Shown here piece by piece: positions 9,701 through 19,010 of a stretch of 64,000 nucleotides of DNA. The translations under genes and the position numbers were made by a program. Under the pieces are notes generated by a model. It was not told where the DNA came from. It worked only from the letters and a program-made list of their open reading frames with translations, and ran no database searches. Positions within the stretch are counted from its first letter, which is position 1. Each line of letters begins with the position of its first letter. Source of the DNA: Bordetella parapertussis (GTDB taxonomy: Bacteria; Pseudomonadota; Gammaproteobacteria; Burkholderiales; Thiobacillaceae); the NCBI GenBank assembly GCA_945890495.1, contig CAMDCO010000004.1, forward strand, positions 16,833 through 80,832, given 5' to 3'.

Positions 9701-10274
9701 TCTGGATGCACAGGCCGCCGATCTGGAGGCCGCCGTGGCCACCCTGGAAGGGGCGATTGCCCGCATTGATGCGGAGAGTCGGGCCAACCTGCAATCGGTC
9801 TATGACCGCGTCAGTCTGGAATTTAAGGCCTTCTTCCAAGAGTTGTTTGGGGGGGGCGAGGCGCAACTGGTCTTGACTGGCGAAGACATCCTAGAAGCGG
9901 GGCTTACCATCGTTGCTCAGCCACCGGGCAAGAAAAATAGTTCTATTCATCTCCTGTCTGGTGGCGAGAAGGCCCTGACCGCGTTGTCGCTGGTGTTTGC
10001 CCTGTTCCGCCTCAATCCAGCCCCGTTTTGTCTGCTGGATGAGGTGGATGCGCCGCTCGACGACAGCAACACCGAGCGCTATTGCCGTCTGGTGCAGAAG
10101 ATGTCGGCCGAGACCCAGTTTTTGTTTATCACTCACAACCGTTTGACCATGGAGATGGCGCGCCATCTGGTCGGCGTGACTATGCCGGAACCCGGTGTAT
10201 CACGGCCGGTGGTGGTCGATGTCGAGGGGGCCCTGCAACTGGCCGATAATGCGGTTCCTGCTCAACTTTCATGA
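6717..10274 (+). CDS. smc: Chromosome segregation protein SMC
   Basis: 1185 aa. N-terminus MRLKHIHLAGFKSF, Walker A GPNGCGKSN, long Q/E/A/R-rich coiled coils, signature LSGGEK, Walker B CLLDEVDAPLD. The apparent start codon is TTG. Confidence 0.95.
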   Translation: MRLKHIHLAGFKSFVDPVSIPAPTNLTGIVGPNGCGKSNVIDAVRWVLGESKARELRGETLQDVIFNGSAQRKPAARAVVELLFDNTDGRAPGQWASYAEISVKRVLTRNGDSSYFLNNVHVRRRDVTDLILGTGLGGDAYAIIEQGTISRLIEARPEEMRGHLEEAAGVSKYRERRRETEHRLRDTRENLDRVEDIRGELRRQIERLSVQAEVARRYFDLLSQRQWREAQLALVRRRDAQVVQARVLSDQSRTRIEMEACAAAIHQAERQAEEERQRQHEALNQLNQTQAAYYAAGAEVTRLEQTMAHLREQRHRLDRDLRSIEERQCTLSAETATADQEREATTRALADAESEMESLEATWAGQRLALPEAESALQTARAIHAASQRQLAGLQQDEALARNQREQSMRNLQQLAQRMERLTQELGRLLPVDAVVIERLETEQANAEAVLSQTDRDLLAARDGIEAAEQAWRTAHTDVTEAQRALHHCEAQHAALRRLQQQSEQSEVQTADWLARHALTGCPRLWQVIEVDPRWETAVEAVLGPRLEALAETLNADWLTNLPLGRLDFPLGGAKASVTDPLPVGLTPLAGQVRCRVPALQAYLDAVLAGVGCAEDLPSALAQHADLPWAVTLVTPEGHSVSAQGVTLNALDPARQGVLRRARELVELSTDETRLRAENEACQATLKAAETGRSHARSRLDVAQQAQRTAQTQVHQTQIRLLQAREAAQRSAARRAQIEHEQAEITQQQTDETARRTAAEARLTDNRTGVQTLEAQLQEQRQDLQRADAQLTAQRTAEREAQQAFQSGQMALHTLTLRLERYLSEAERQTGEGVQLEARATRLRSDLASLVEAPLTATLQTALDERNRAETTLVTAREALENSQQTLRRHEQARVQAEQALEPLRTRLQALELKHQEAHFKEAQFAEQLAQYLQELSGAWAGFDETAMAATLVAEDKEARLNGEVIRLHGEIESLGAVNMVALAELDAASARLGYLDAQAADLEAAVATLEGAIARIDAESRANLQSVYDRVSLEFKAFFQELFGGGEAQLVLTGEDILEAGLTIVAQPPGKKNSSIHLLSGGEKALTALSLVFALFRLNPAPFCLLDEVDAPLDDSNTERYCRLVQKMSAETQFLFITHNRLTMEMARHLVGVTMPEPGVSRPVVVDVEGALQLADNAVPAQLS

Positions 10275-10335
10275 CATTTATGCCACCCCAAATCATGAAA
10301 CCGATCGCAGGGGCCGTCCTCGTGCCTATCCAACC

Positions 10336-10362
10336 AGGGCAACCACGGGGGGTTGCCCCTAC
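10336..10362. repeat. Family-B palindromic element (GGGCAACC-loop-GGTTGCCC CTAC)
   Basis: AGGGCAACCACGGGGGGTTGCCCCTAC. The same module occurs in the tandem array at 29855-30046. Confidence 0.75.
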
Positions 10363-10438
10363 GCCAATGACGGTGTTGTTTCACGCTAACGGACATGACT
10401 TTTAGAAGACCGCCCTAAGTATGAAAGTCCTGTCCGTT

Positions 10439-10480
10439 TCCCTCTCCCCCACCCCCTCTCCCGCAAGGGGAGAGGGGAGC
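10439..10480 (+). repeat. Family-A palindromic element, intergenic copy
   Basis: TCCCTCTCCCCCACCCCCTCTCCCGCAAGGGGAGAGGGGAGC with a perfect 9-10-bp stem. The surrounding 111 bp (10391-10501) is flanked by a 12-bp direct repeat TTTCACGCTAAC (10379-10390 and 10502-10513). Confidence 0.85.
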
Positions 10481-10535
10481 ATCGAGAAGTCACTTCGCGA
10501 CTTTCACGCTAACCATCGACCCCGTTGTCTATCGC

Positions 10536-12539
10536 ATGACTGAACTGACGACTGATCTGGCTCGGCTGTTTGCAGAGGATGGGCCGTTTGCCGCTGCCAT
10601 CCCGGAATTTCGCAGCCGGCCCATGCAACAGGCAATGGCCGAGCGTATTACCGGGGCGATCGAGAAATCCGGGATTCTGGTGATTGAGGCCGGTACAGGG
10701 ACGGGCAAGACGCTGGCTTATCTGGTTCCGGCCTTGTTGGCCGGGGGCAAAGTGCTGCTTTCGACGGCCAGTAAGACCTTGCAGGACCAACTCTTTCAAC
10801 GCGATCTGCCGGCGGTGCGCGCTGTCTTGCAGCGGCCCGTCAGTACGGCCCTGCTCAAGGGACGGGCCAACTATGTGTGTCACCTTCATCTCGCCCGTGC
10901 CCTCGATTCCGGGCGCTTTCATTCGCCGGGCGAGGTTCGTGACCTGAAGAAGATCGCGCAGTTCGCTGCCCGCAGCGACAGCGGTGACCGCATGGCCTGC
11001 CAGAGTGTGAGCGAGGAGTCAGCCGCGTGGCCGTATGCGGTCTCGACCCGCGACAACTGTCTCGGCAGCGAGTGTCCCAATGTGCGCGACTGCTTTGTCC
11101 TCAAGGCGCGCAAGAAGGCCCTTGAGGCCGATGTTGTGGTCATCAATCATCACCTCTTTTTTGCCGATGTCTGGCTGAAAGATGAGGGGGCCGGGGAGTT
11201 GTTGCCCAACGCCAATGTGGTGATCTTTGACGAGGCACATCAGTTGCCGGATATCGCCGGTCTGTTTTTTGGCGAGCGCCTGTCCACCGGGCAGTTGCTG
11301 GATCTGTGCCGCGATGTGCGCGAAGCCGCCGCGATCGGCGCGGCCGATTACGCGCCCCTGCCCAAGGCCGCGCATACCCTGGAGAAGGCCTTGCGCGACG
11401 CGCGTCTGGCCTTTGTCGCCCCGGTTAATGGCGGACGCTTGCCGGCTGAACGGATCAGCGCGGCGGGACGCACGGCCCTGGAAGAGGTCACGCCGCTGAT
11501 GACGGATCTTCGTCTGCAGATTGAAACACAGGCTATTCGCTCCGAAGAACTGGGGCAGCTCGCCGATCGTTGTAGCGCTGCTGAACGGCACTGGGAGCGC
11601 TGGTTGGTGGGCGAAGGCGTTGTAGAAAGTGGCGCCGCCGAACAGGTGCGCTGGCTGGAGATCACGGCCTATGGTGTCACGCTGCACGCCACGCCGCTGG
11701 ATATTGGCAGTGAGTTTGCCCGGCAACTAAAGAACGAGGATAGCCAAGGACGGGCCTGGATCTTTACCTCGGCCACCTTGTCGGTGCGCGGAAATTTTGC
11801 GCATTACCTCAGCCAGATCGGCGTCCCCGAGGCGCAGACAGCGGTCTGGGATAGCCCCTACGATTACGAGCGTCAGGCCCTCTTGTATGTCCCTGCGCAG
11901 ATGCCGGAGGCCAATACACCGGGCTATACGATGGCGGTGGTTGACCGCGCTTGGCCGGTGGTGCAAGCCAGTCAGGGACGGGCCTTTCTGCTCTTCACCA
12001 GTCTGCGGGCCTTGCAAGAGGCAAAGACGCTCTTAACCCAGCGCTTGGCAGACGCCGGGCTGGATTGGCCGTTGTTGGTGCAAGGCGATGACAGCCGTAG
12101 CGCGCTGCTGGCGCGGTTTCGTAGCGAGGCCCATGCGATCTTGCTTGGCAGCCAATCTTTCTGGGAGGGGGTTGATGTGGCTGGTGAAGCGCTCTCCTTG
12201 GTTGTTATTGACAAATTACCCTTCCAGCCACCGGATGATCCCGTGCTGGCGGCGCGTATTAACCAATTACGGCAGGCGGGTGGAAATCCGTTCTTCGAGA
12301 TTCAGCTTCCTCAGGCCGTGATTAACCTGAAGCAGGGGGCTGGCCGATTGATCCGGCGCGAAACCGACCGTGGCGTGCTGATGATCTGCGACACCCGCCT
12401 AGTCGACAAACCCTACGGAAAACGCATCTGGCAATCCTTGCCGCCCATGCGCCGGACTCGGATTGAGGCCGAGGCCGCTGCCTTTTTTGCGGCTGAGGAA
12501 GCCAACCCTGTTTCTGTGGATAGTCTTTCAACATGTTGA
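10536..12539 (+). CDS. ATP-dependent DNA helicase, DinG/YoaA (XPD-like, Fe-S) family
   Basis: 667 aa. Walker A GTGTGKT, DEAH box FDEAHQ, and a Cys cluster (YVCHLH, MACQS, DNCLGSECPNVRDC) as in Fe-S helicases. Confidence 0.9.
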   Translation: MTELTTDLARLFAEDGPFAAAIPEFRSRPMQQAMAERITGAIEKSGILVIEAGTGTGKTLAYLVPALLAGGKVLLSTASKTLQDQLFQRDLPAVRAVLQRPVSTALLKGRANYVCHLHLARALDSGRFHSPGEVRDLKKIAQFAARSDSGDRMACQSVSEESAAWPYAVSTRDNCLGSECPNVRDCFVLKARKKALEADVVVINHHLFFADVWLKDEGAGELLPNANVVIFDEAHQLPDIAGLFFGERLSTGQLLDLCRDVREAAAIGAADYAPLPKAAHTLEKALRDARLAFVAPVNGGRLPAERISAAGRTALEEVTPLMTDLRLQIETQAIRSEELGQLADRCSAAERHWERWLVGEGVVESGAAEQVRWLEITAYGVTLHATPLDIGSEFARQLKNEDSQGRAWIFTSATLSVRGNFAHYLSQIGVPEAQTAVWDSPYDYERQALLYVPAQMPEANTPGYTMAVVDRAWPVVQASQGRAFLLFTSLRALQEAKTLLTQRLADAGLDWPLLVQGDDSRSALLARFRSEAHAILLGSQSFWEGVDVAGEALSLVVIDKLPFQPPDDPVLAARINQLRQAGGNPFFEIQLPQAVINLKQGAGRLIRRETDRGVLMICDTRLVDKPYGKRIWQSLPPMRRTRIEAEAAAFFAAEEANPVSVDSLSTC

Positions 12540-12925
12540 TAGCAAGACTATTTTTAATCTATTTAATGCTGGCGACGCACGCTCTGGCCGAGACCTTGCC
12601 GGCCACAGACAGCCGCGTCATCGTGCAAACCTCGCCCTTGGCCGGCTTTCAGCACTATGCGGGGCGGGCGCTGTTTCCACTCTTGCGCGTGGGCGATCGT
12701 CTCGATCTCATCCGCGAACCCGAAAATCCCTTTGACCTGCGTGCCGTGCGAGTGGAGTGGCGCGGCGTGCAGATTGGCTATGCCCCTCGACTCGACAATA
12801 TCGATCTGGCGCGGCTCTTGGATCGGGGTGAGGCATTGGAGGCTCGGATCCTTCATTTGGAGGTGAGCCGCGACCCGTGGCGGCGCATCTTGTTCGAAGT
12901 CGTTAGCACCGAACCGGTACAATGA
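12533..12925 (+). CDS. HIRAN-domain protein with a predicted N-terminal signal peptide
   Basis: 130 aa. The N-terminus MLIARLFLIYLMLATHALA-ETL looks like a signal peptide. HIRAN-like core: GFQHYAG...GDRLDLIREPENPFDLRAVRV...IGYAPR. Its ATG overlaps the helicase stop by 7 nt. Confidence 0.7.
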   Translation: MLIARLFLIYLMLATHALAETLPATDSRVIVQTSPLAGFQHYAGRALFPLLRVGDRLDLIREPENPFDLRAVRVEWRGVQIGYAPRLDNIDLARLLDRGEALEARILHLEVSRDPWRRILFEVVSTEPVQ

Positions 12926-12997
12926 CAGGGCTTCACCGTCGCTTTTAGCCACCTTGCCCATCCTGCCCATCCATTACCCCTTCCCGTTTGAATAACC

Positions 12998-13669
12998 GTG
13001 CAGATCCTCGCCCTTGAGACTTCAACCGAATGGTGTTCTGCTGCCCTTTGGGTGGACGGCGACCTGCATGTGCGTGAGGCGCATGCGGGCAACCGCCACT
13101 CCGAGCTGATCCTGCCCATGGTGCAGGAACTCATGGCCGAAGGGGGCATTCCCCTGACGCAACTCAATGCCATGGCCTATGGCGAAGGCCCGGGTTCCTT
13201 TACCGGTCTGCGGATCGCCTGTGGAGTGACCCAAGGTCTGGCCCTGGCGGCCGGTTGCCCGGTCATTGGGGTCGGCAGTCTCTCGGCCTTGGCAGCGGCG
13301 GCATCGCTTGAGACGGGCGCGGCGGGGGTGTTGGCCATCCTGGATGCGCGCATGGGCGAGGTCTATGCCGCTCGCTATCGGGATGGCATCGAGATTTTGT
13401 CCCCGGCCCTGTTCAAGCCAGAGGCCTTGCCCGTACCTGAACCCGGCGAATGCGTAGCCGGAACCGGGTTTTTTGCCTATGAGGCCTTGTTGGGCGCCGC
13501 CTGGATCGGATTGGATTACCGTGTGAGCGAACTGCGCTATCCCAGTGCGGCGCAGGTCGCTCGTCTGGCTGTACCGCGCTTCCTGACGGGAGAAGGGCGT
13601 TCGGCGGAATGGGCAGAGCCGGTCTATGTCCGTAACAAGGTCGCACTCAAAAAGAGCGAGCGCTCATGA
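12998..13669 (+). CDS. tsaB: tRNA threonylcarbamoyladenosine biosynthesis protein TsaB
   Basis: N-terminus ILALETSTEWCSAAL and motif GPGSFTGLRI. GTG start. Sits immediately upstream of rimI, as is typical. Confidence 0.9.
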   Translation: MQILALETSTEWCSAALWVDGDLHVREAHAGNRHSELILPMVQELMAEGGIPLTQLNAMAYGEGPGSFTGLRIACGVTQGLALAAGCPVIGVGSLSALAAAASLETGAAGVLAILDARMGEVYAARYRDGIEILSPALFKPEALPVPEPGECVAGTGFFAYEALLGAAWIGLDYRVSELRYPSAAQVARLAVPRFLTGEGRSAEWAEPVYVRNKVALKKSERS

Positions 13670-14151
13670 GCGTTGCTAAGACGATCCATTTTCGCCCTAT
13701 GCAGCCCAGCGATCTTGATGCGGTGTATGCCATCGAGACGGCGGCCTATGCGTTTCCCTGGACGCGAGGCAACTTTGCCGACTGCCTGGAGACGGGCTAC
13801 CGTTGCGAGGTCATGTTGGAGGCCGATGTTCTGGTGGGTTACAGTATTCTGGCCACGATGGTTGATGAGGCCCATGTCCTCAATTGTTGTGTGGCCCCGA
13901 CCTACCAAGGACGCGGTTTGGGGCGACAGATGATGCAGCACCTGATCAGCCGTTTGCCGCATATGCATCTGCCCAGCCTGCTCCTTGAGGTACGCCCCGC
14001 TAACGCGGCGGCCGTTCACTTGTACTCTGACTTGGGTTTTCTTGAAATTGGCCGCAGGCGAGGCTACTACCCGGCCACGGTGGAAGAGGGCGGGCGCGAG
14101 GATGCGCTGGTGATGCGCTATACGGCCGAATCCGGGATGGAGACGGCATGA
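13666..14151 (+). CDS. rimI: Ribosomal-protein-alanine N-acetyltransferase (GNAT)
   Basis: 161 aa with GNAT motif YQGRGLGRQMMQHL. Has a 4-nt overlap with tsaB. Confidence 0.85.
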   Translation: MSVAKTIHFRPMQPSDLDAVYAIETAAYAFPWTRGNFADCLETGYRCEVMLEADVLVGYSILATMVDEAHVLNCCVAPTYQGRGLGRQMMQHLISRLPHMHLPSLLLEVRPANAAAVHLYSDLGFLEIGRRRGYYPATVEEGGREDALVMRYTAESGMETA

Positions 14152-14816
14152 CCCTCGCCCGTGAACATCGCCTGAATGCCTTGGGTCTGCTGCCTGTCTG
14201 GCGGCGGCGGAAGGCTGTTTCAGTTGCGGATGCCGTTTCTGCGCACCCTCCGGCCATGGCGGACGATTGGGCTGCCCTGAAGGCTGAGATCCGTGCGTGT
14301 ACTCGTTGTCCCTTGCATGCCACGCGCCACAATACCGTTCCCGGGGGTGGCGACCATCAGGCGGACTGGCTCATCATCGGTGAGGCGCCAGATGCGGAGG
14401 AGGAGAGACAGGGCACGCCTTTCGTCGGTCAGGCCGGGCAGTTGCTCGATGCCATGCTCGCGGCGATCGGGCTGAATCGCGGCGAGAAGGTCTACATCAC
14501 CCATCTCCTCAAATCGCATCCACCAGCCAATCGCGACCCGGCCCCGGATGAGATCATGGCCTGTCTGCCTTATCTTGAGCGGCAGATCGCCCTCATCCGG
14601 CCGCGCATCATCCTTGTCCTGGGCCGTTTCGCGGCCCAAACCCTGTTGGGTGCCGACATCCCGGTCGATCGTTTACGCGGGCAGGTACACGCCTATCAAG
14701 GGGTACCGTTGGTCGTAACTTATCACCCCGCGTATCTGCTCCGCACCCCGGTGGACAAGGGTCGGGCCTGGGCTGATTTGCTGTTGGCACGACGGCAGTT
14801 GAAGGATCCCCAATGA
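14148..14816 (+). CDS. Uracil-DNA glycosylase, family 4
   Basis: Motifs TRCPLH, IGEAPDAEE, PFVGQAGQLLD, HPAYLLR. Has a 4-nt overlap with rimI. Confidence 0.85.
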   Translation: MTLAREHRLNALGLLPVWRRRKAVSVADAVSAHPPAMADDWAALKAEIRACTRCPLHATRHNTVPGGGDHQADWLIIGEAPDAEEERQGTPFVGQAGQLLDAMLAAIGLNRGEKVYITHLLKSHPPANRDPAPDEIMACLPYLERQIALIRPRIILVLGRFAAQTLLGADIPVDRLRGQVHAYQGVPLVVTYHPAYLLRTPVDKGRAWADLLLARRQLKDPQ

Positions 14817-14862
14817 TTGCCCTACACTCAAGCACCTTTAACAGCCTCGAAAGATCCCTCCA

Positions 14863-16029
14863 ATGAAAATTGCCATTGCCGGAACCGGTTATGTGGGCCT
14901 CTCGATGGCCTGTCTCTTGGCACAGAGGCACGAGGTGGTTGCACTCGATATCGTCCCGGAGAAGGTTGACCTGATCAACAACAAGCAGTCGCCGATTGCC
15001 GATGTCGAGATCGAAGACTTCCTTGCCCACAAGCCACTCAACCTGCGCGCTACGCTGAATAAGGAAGAGGCCTATACAGGCGCCGCCTTTGTGATCATCG
15101 CCACCCCAACCGATTACGATACGGCGACCAATTCCTTCAATACCCGCTCAGTTGAAGCGGTGATCCGCGATGTGAAGGCGATCAACCCCGAGGCGGTGAT
15201 GATCATCAAATCGACCATTCCCGTGGGCTACACCGCCAAGTTTCGCGAGGAATTCGACTGCAAGAACCTGATTTTCTCGCCGGAGTTCCTGCGTGAGGGC
15301 AAGGCGTTGTACGACAACCTGTATCCCTCACGCATCGTCGTCGGCGAGCGTTCCGAACGCGCCGAGACCTTCGCCAACCTGCTCAAGGAAGGCGCGATCA
15401 AGCAGGATATCCCCGTGCTGTTCACCGACTCGACCGAGGCCGAGGCGATCAAGTTGTTCTCCAACACCTACCTCGCCATGCGGGTGGCGTATTTCAACGA
15501 GCTGGACACCTACGCCGCCAGCCACGGCCTGGACACCAAACAGATCATCGACGGAGTCAGCCTGGACCCGCGCATCGGCAGCCACTACAACAACCCGTCG
15601 TTCGGTTACGGCGGCTATTGCCTGCCCAAGGACACCAAGCAGTTACTCGCCAACTACCGTGATGTGCCGCAGAATCTGATCCACGCCATCGTCGAGTCCA
15701 ACACCACGCGCAAGGACTTCATTGCCGACGAGATTATTCGCCGCAATCCCAAGACTGTCGGCGTCTATCGGCTAATCATGAAGGCCGGCTCGGACAATTT
15801 CCGCGCCTCTAGCATCCAGGGCATCATGAAGCGCATCAAGGCCAAGGGCATCGAGGTCATTATTCATGAGCCGGTATTCACCGAGGCCGAGTTCTTCCAC
15901 TCGCGGGTGGTCAACGACCTGGCGGCCTTCACGCAGCAATCGGATGTCATCATCGCTAACCGCATGACCCCGGCACTGGCGGATGTCGCCGACAAGGTCT
16001 ACACGCGTGACCTGTTTGGTAGCGACTAA
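14863..16029 (+). CDS. ugd: UDP-glucose 6-dehydrogenase
   Basis: 388 aa. Rossmann N-terminus [14 protein letters not shown] and catalytic region [11 protein letters not shown]. Confidence 0.9.
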   Translation: MKIAIAGTGYVGLSMACLLAQRHEVVALDIVPEKVDLINNKQSPIADVEIEDFLAHKPLNLRATLNKEEAYTGAAFVIIATPTDYDTATNSFNTRSVEAVIRDVKAINPEAVMIIKSTIPVGYTAKFREEFDCKNLIFSPEFLREGKALYDNLYPSRIVVGERSERAETFANLLKEGAIKQDIPVLFTDSTEAEAIKLFSNTYLAMRVAYFNELDTYAASHGLDTKQIIDGVSLDPRIGSHYNNPSFGYGGYCLPKDTKQLLANYRDVPQNLIHAIVESNTTRKDFIADEIIRRNPKTVGVYRLIMKAGSDNFRASSIQGIMKRIKAKGIEVIIHEPVFTEAEFFHSRVVNDLAAFTQQSDVIIANRMTPALADVADKVYTRDLFGSD

Positions 16030-16067
16030 GCGGCAACGACAGCGATCGGATTTCCCGGGGAAACAGG

Positions 16068-16109
16068 AAAATCGTGGGCGGCAACATGTAGTGCCCCTCA
16101 CGATTTTTT
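16068..16109. terminator. Bidirectional rho-independent terminator (ugd / DUF2892 gene)
   Basis: AAATCGTGGGC...GCCCCTCACGATTT forms a stem with one bulge. It is followed by TTTTTT on the + strand and a T-run on the - strand. Confidence 0.6.
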
Positions 16110-16167
16110 AACTTCACAACGCCATCACACCATCACGGTTTATGGGAACAATAGCGAGGTTGTGCCA

Positions 16168-16374
16168 TTAGCTGCAGCAGGAACTTGACTCTGAAATGCC
16201 CATCTTTTTTAGTATGGCAGCCAATGGGCAGAAATTGGTCAGTCCGCTTTGGGTTAGGTTGACACCAATGAACACGGCTAACCATACCCAGTTCTCATGA
16301 ATGGAATTGGCCAGATAGAGGCTCATCAAAACCATGAGCCCTGCGACAAGATGTACGATACGGTCGACAGTCAT
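16168..16374 (-). CDS. Small membrane protein, DUF2892 (YgaP-like TM domain) family
   Basis: 68 aa starting at MTVDRIVHLVAGLMVLMSLY. Two hydrophobic helices, a NFCPL motif and an SSCCS C-terminus. Low-GC region. Confidence 0.65.
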   Translation of the reverse strand: MTVDRIVHLVAGLMVLMSLYLANSIHENWVWLAVFIGVNLTQSGLTNFCPLAAILKKMGISESSSCCS

Positions 16375-16387
16375 GCTTCCCCCCGTC

Positions 16388-17539
16388 TCAGAACTTGTAG
16401 CTGATCTGCAGATTGATGATGTTCTGCTCCAGCTCGATAGTGTTGGTACTGGATGCCACCGAGTTCTTGAAAGCATGCATATAGGATAGCGAGCCTAAGA
16501 TCTTGTCACTGATCTTGCGCGTTATCCCTAAGGATGCATGCTTTTCAGTGACCGCCAATGATCCGATATTGGAATTCACATCTTCCGGCCCGATGGGTGA
16601 TTTTCCGTAGTTTAAGCCAAGACGCACGGTGGTCTTGGGGTCAATTTCCTTTTGGATTCCTAGAGAGAAAACCGTCTGATTATCCCATCCGAAGTTCATG
16701 CTTGCTGGAACATTTCCCGTATAGCCATCGGGTCGTGAGACAGCTACGCTGCCAAGGACATCGCCAAAAGCAATATGTTTGACATCAGCTTCCACTAGCA
16801 TGTCTGGCATAGGGTTGAATGCCACCCCAAAGGCAAGCTGCTGGGGCCCGTTCATGGTCATTTCAATGGGGCCGTTTGCCGTGTTCCAATGAAAAGCACC
16901 CATCTTTTGTTCGCTGACCCAGGATGCGCCGATTCTTAACCGGTCACTCGGTTTGTAGATCAGGCCGGCAGACAACCCATAGCCGTATACCTGATTTTGC
17001 GGCAAGGTGTATTGCGGATTTGACAGGGCCAAGCTTTGGTAATCAATGTTCAGTGCAGCACCCACGCTCAACTGTTCATTGACCCTGTAACCAAATCCTG
17101 GAGCAATCTTATAGAACTGCTTAGTGGTAACAATGGCCTGATTGCCAGCCGTTGCAGCGGTATCAGGAAAATCCACTCCCATACCTGAGAGACCTGCCAT
17201 GCCCATTCCCAGATAAAGGCGATCATTAACATTGAAGGCAAGTGCTCCGGATGGGATCATATACAGGTCGGAATCGCTTTCAAATCCATTGGCCTTGCGC
17301 GGCGGATTTAGAAAGCCGAAGCCCATATCTACACGCATTTCCTTGATACCCAGTTCGGCCAATCCGGCCGGGTTGGTGAGAATGGTGCCTGCGTCCTGAG
17401 GGGCGGCCACTACGGCACCACCCATCCCCCATTGAGTGGCGGTCACACCTATCATTTGATCGCCGTTGGTGGCAAGGGCCGGTGCAGAAATGAACCCGGC
17501 TATAGCCAAGGCGATGATTAACGGTTTTTGCGTCGTCAT
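16388..17539 (-). CDS. Outer-membrane transport protein, OmpP1/FadL/TodX family
   Basis: 383 aa. Signal peptide ending ALA-TNG, GMGGA and NPAGLA motifs, alternating beta-strand pattern and a terminal F (ISYKF). Confidence 0.8.
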   Translation of the reverse strand: MTTQKPLIIALAIAGFISAPALATNGDQMIGVTATQWGMGGAVVAAPQDAGTILTNPAGLAELGIKEMRVDMGFGFLNPPRKANGFESDSDLYMIPSGALAFNVNDRLYLGMGMAGLSGMGVDFPDTAATAGNQAIVTTKQFYKIAPGFGYRVNEQLSVGAALNIDYQSLALSNPQYTLPQNQVYGYGLSAGLIYKPSDRLRIGASWVSEQKMGAFHWNTANGPIEMTMNGPQQLAFGVAFNPMPDMLVEADVKHIAFGDVLGSVAVSRPDGYTGNVPASMNFGWDNQTVFSLGIQKEIDPKTTVRLGLNYGKSPIGPEDVNSNIGSLAVTEKHASLGITRKISDKILGSLSYMHAFKNSVASSTNTIELEQNIINLQISYKF

Positions 17540-17560
17540 AAGTATCTCCTCGGAGTTTGT

Positions 17561-18166
17561 CTATTTGTTAAACAGGTTGGATGTTCCCGGTTGGCCCCGG
17601 AAATGTTGATGGCAGGCTACGCACCCACGCGTTACTGCGCCTAGATGCTCAGCTGCGCTGATCATGTCGCCTTTCTCTGCAGCCTCTGCCAGGCGAATGG
17701 AACCACCCTCTACGGCCTCTTCCATTCCAGGTAGCACGGACAAGTCTTGGTTGTTAACCATGCTAAGCGGCATGTAAGGCAGTAAGCCACCTTTGGGGAG
17801 TCGATGATCGGCCAATCGCCGGGCCGCCTCTGAAGCGGCTTCGCCGTTATCCATGGCTATTGCCATCGCCATGGCTTGGTAGTCGGCTTGCACTTCCTGC
17901 ATGACTTGAGCCAATGTCGCGGTGTTGCTCTTTCTGGTATGTTTGCCAGCCACATGTGCGAGGAATTGCTTGATGTCGGGAGACAGTGCCTTAACCTTTT
18001 GCTGCAGTTCCGGCGTCATCATCGCCAACTGTTTTTGCATAATTTGCATCCCAGCCTTGCTCTCTGCCTTAGTATCGGCCGCCAGGGCGGATGACATGGT
18101 CAAGGGACTAGAAAGGGAAAGTAGGCCGGCGATTACGCTGGTAACAAAAAATTTGTGTTGGGACAT
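17561..18166 (-). CDS. Periplasmic class II c-type cytochrome-like protein (cytochrome c'/c556-like), Met-rich
   Basis: 201 aa from MSQHKFF. Signal peptide ...SSALA-AD, helical Met/Gln-rich body, single CxxCH (CVACH) about 20 aa from the C-terminus. RBS GAGGAGAA upstream. Confidence 0.6.
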   Translation of the reverse strand: MSQHKFFVTSVIAGLLSLSSPLTMSSALAADTKAESKAGMQIMQKQLAMMTPELQQKVKALSPDIKQFLAHVAGKHTRKSNTATLAQVMQEVQADYQAMAMAIAMDNGEAASEAARRLADHRLPKGGLLPYMPLSMVNNQDLSVLPGMEEAVEGGSIRLAEAAEKGDMISAAEHLGAVTRGCVACHQHFRGQPGTSNLFNK

Positions 18167-18305
18167 AGAGTTCTCCTCAAGTAGGATGCGGACCACTTGG
18201 TCCGTACCCATATTGTGGGAAGCCCTCATTTCCATAGAATTTCAATAATGAACGAATGGTTACATTTGATTTCCGTTCTGTTTCATCCTGAAATGGAGAA
18301 CTAAT

Positions 18306-18998
18306 TTGACAGAAAATCGTAATATTCTAATAGTCGATGACGATGTGGCACTACGCGAACTGGTGATGCGCTATCTTGGGAAAAACGGATTTCAGATGTC
18401 TGGAGTGGGCGATGCCATCGCGATGCGCCAATATCTGGCCGAGCACCCAGTGGATTTGATTTTGTTGGATATCATGCTTCCGGGCGAAGATGGCCTGACC
18501 GCGGCAAGGGGTTTGCGTGGGCTTGGCGGACCTCCAGTGATCATGCTCTCGGCGCGAGGCGATGCCGTGGACCGCATCGTTGGATTGGAGGTGGGTGCAG
18601 ATGACTATCTGGCCAAGCCGTTTGACCATCGAGAACTCCTGGCTCGCGTGCGAGCCGTATTGCGCCGTACGCCTACCCCTCAGAATGGCCGTCTGTTTCG
18701 TTTTGGTCCTTGGATCCTGGATAGAGAAACCCATCGTCTGAGTCATAACGGGGAAGCGGTCCCACTCTCAGGCGCAGAATATGCCTTGCTCAAGGCCTTC
18801 GTAGATCACCCTGATCAGATTCTAAGCCGCGACAAACTGGTCGATTTGCTACGAGGTTATGACCGCTCACCCTTTGATCGCATGGTGGATGTTCGTGTTA
18901 CTCGTCTACGTCGACGCATCGAGCCCGATCCAACTCGGCCTGTTTATATCCGTACTATTCGTGGTGAAGGTTATCAATTCACTCCAAGTTCAAATTAA
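18306..18998 (+). CDS. OmpR-family two-component response regulator
   Basis: Receiver domain (ILIVDDD, LLDIMLPGEDG) and winged-helix output (RTIRGEGYQF). TTG start. Confidence 0.9.
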   Translation: MTENRNILIVDDDVALRELVMRYLGKNGFQMSGVGDAIAMRQYLAEHPVDLILLDIMLPGEDGLTAARGLRGLGGPPVIMLSARGDAVDRIVGLEVGADDYLAKPFDHRELLARVRAVLRRTPTPQNGRLFRFGPWILDRETHRLSHNGEAVPLSGAEYALLKAFVDHPDQILSRDKLVDLLRGYDRSPFDRMVDVRVTRLRRRIEPDPTRPVYIRTIRGEGYQFTPSSN

Positions 18999-19010
18999 TG
19001 TGAGATCGCC

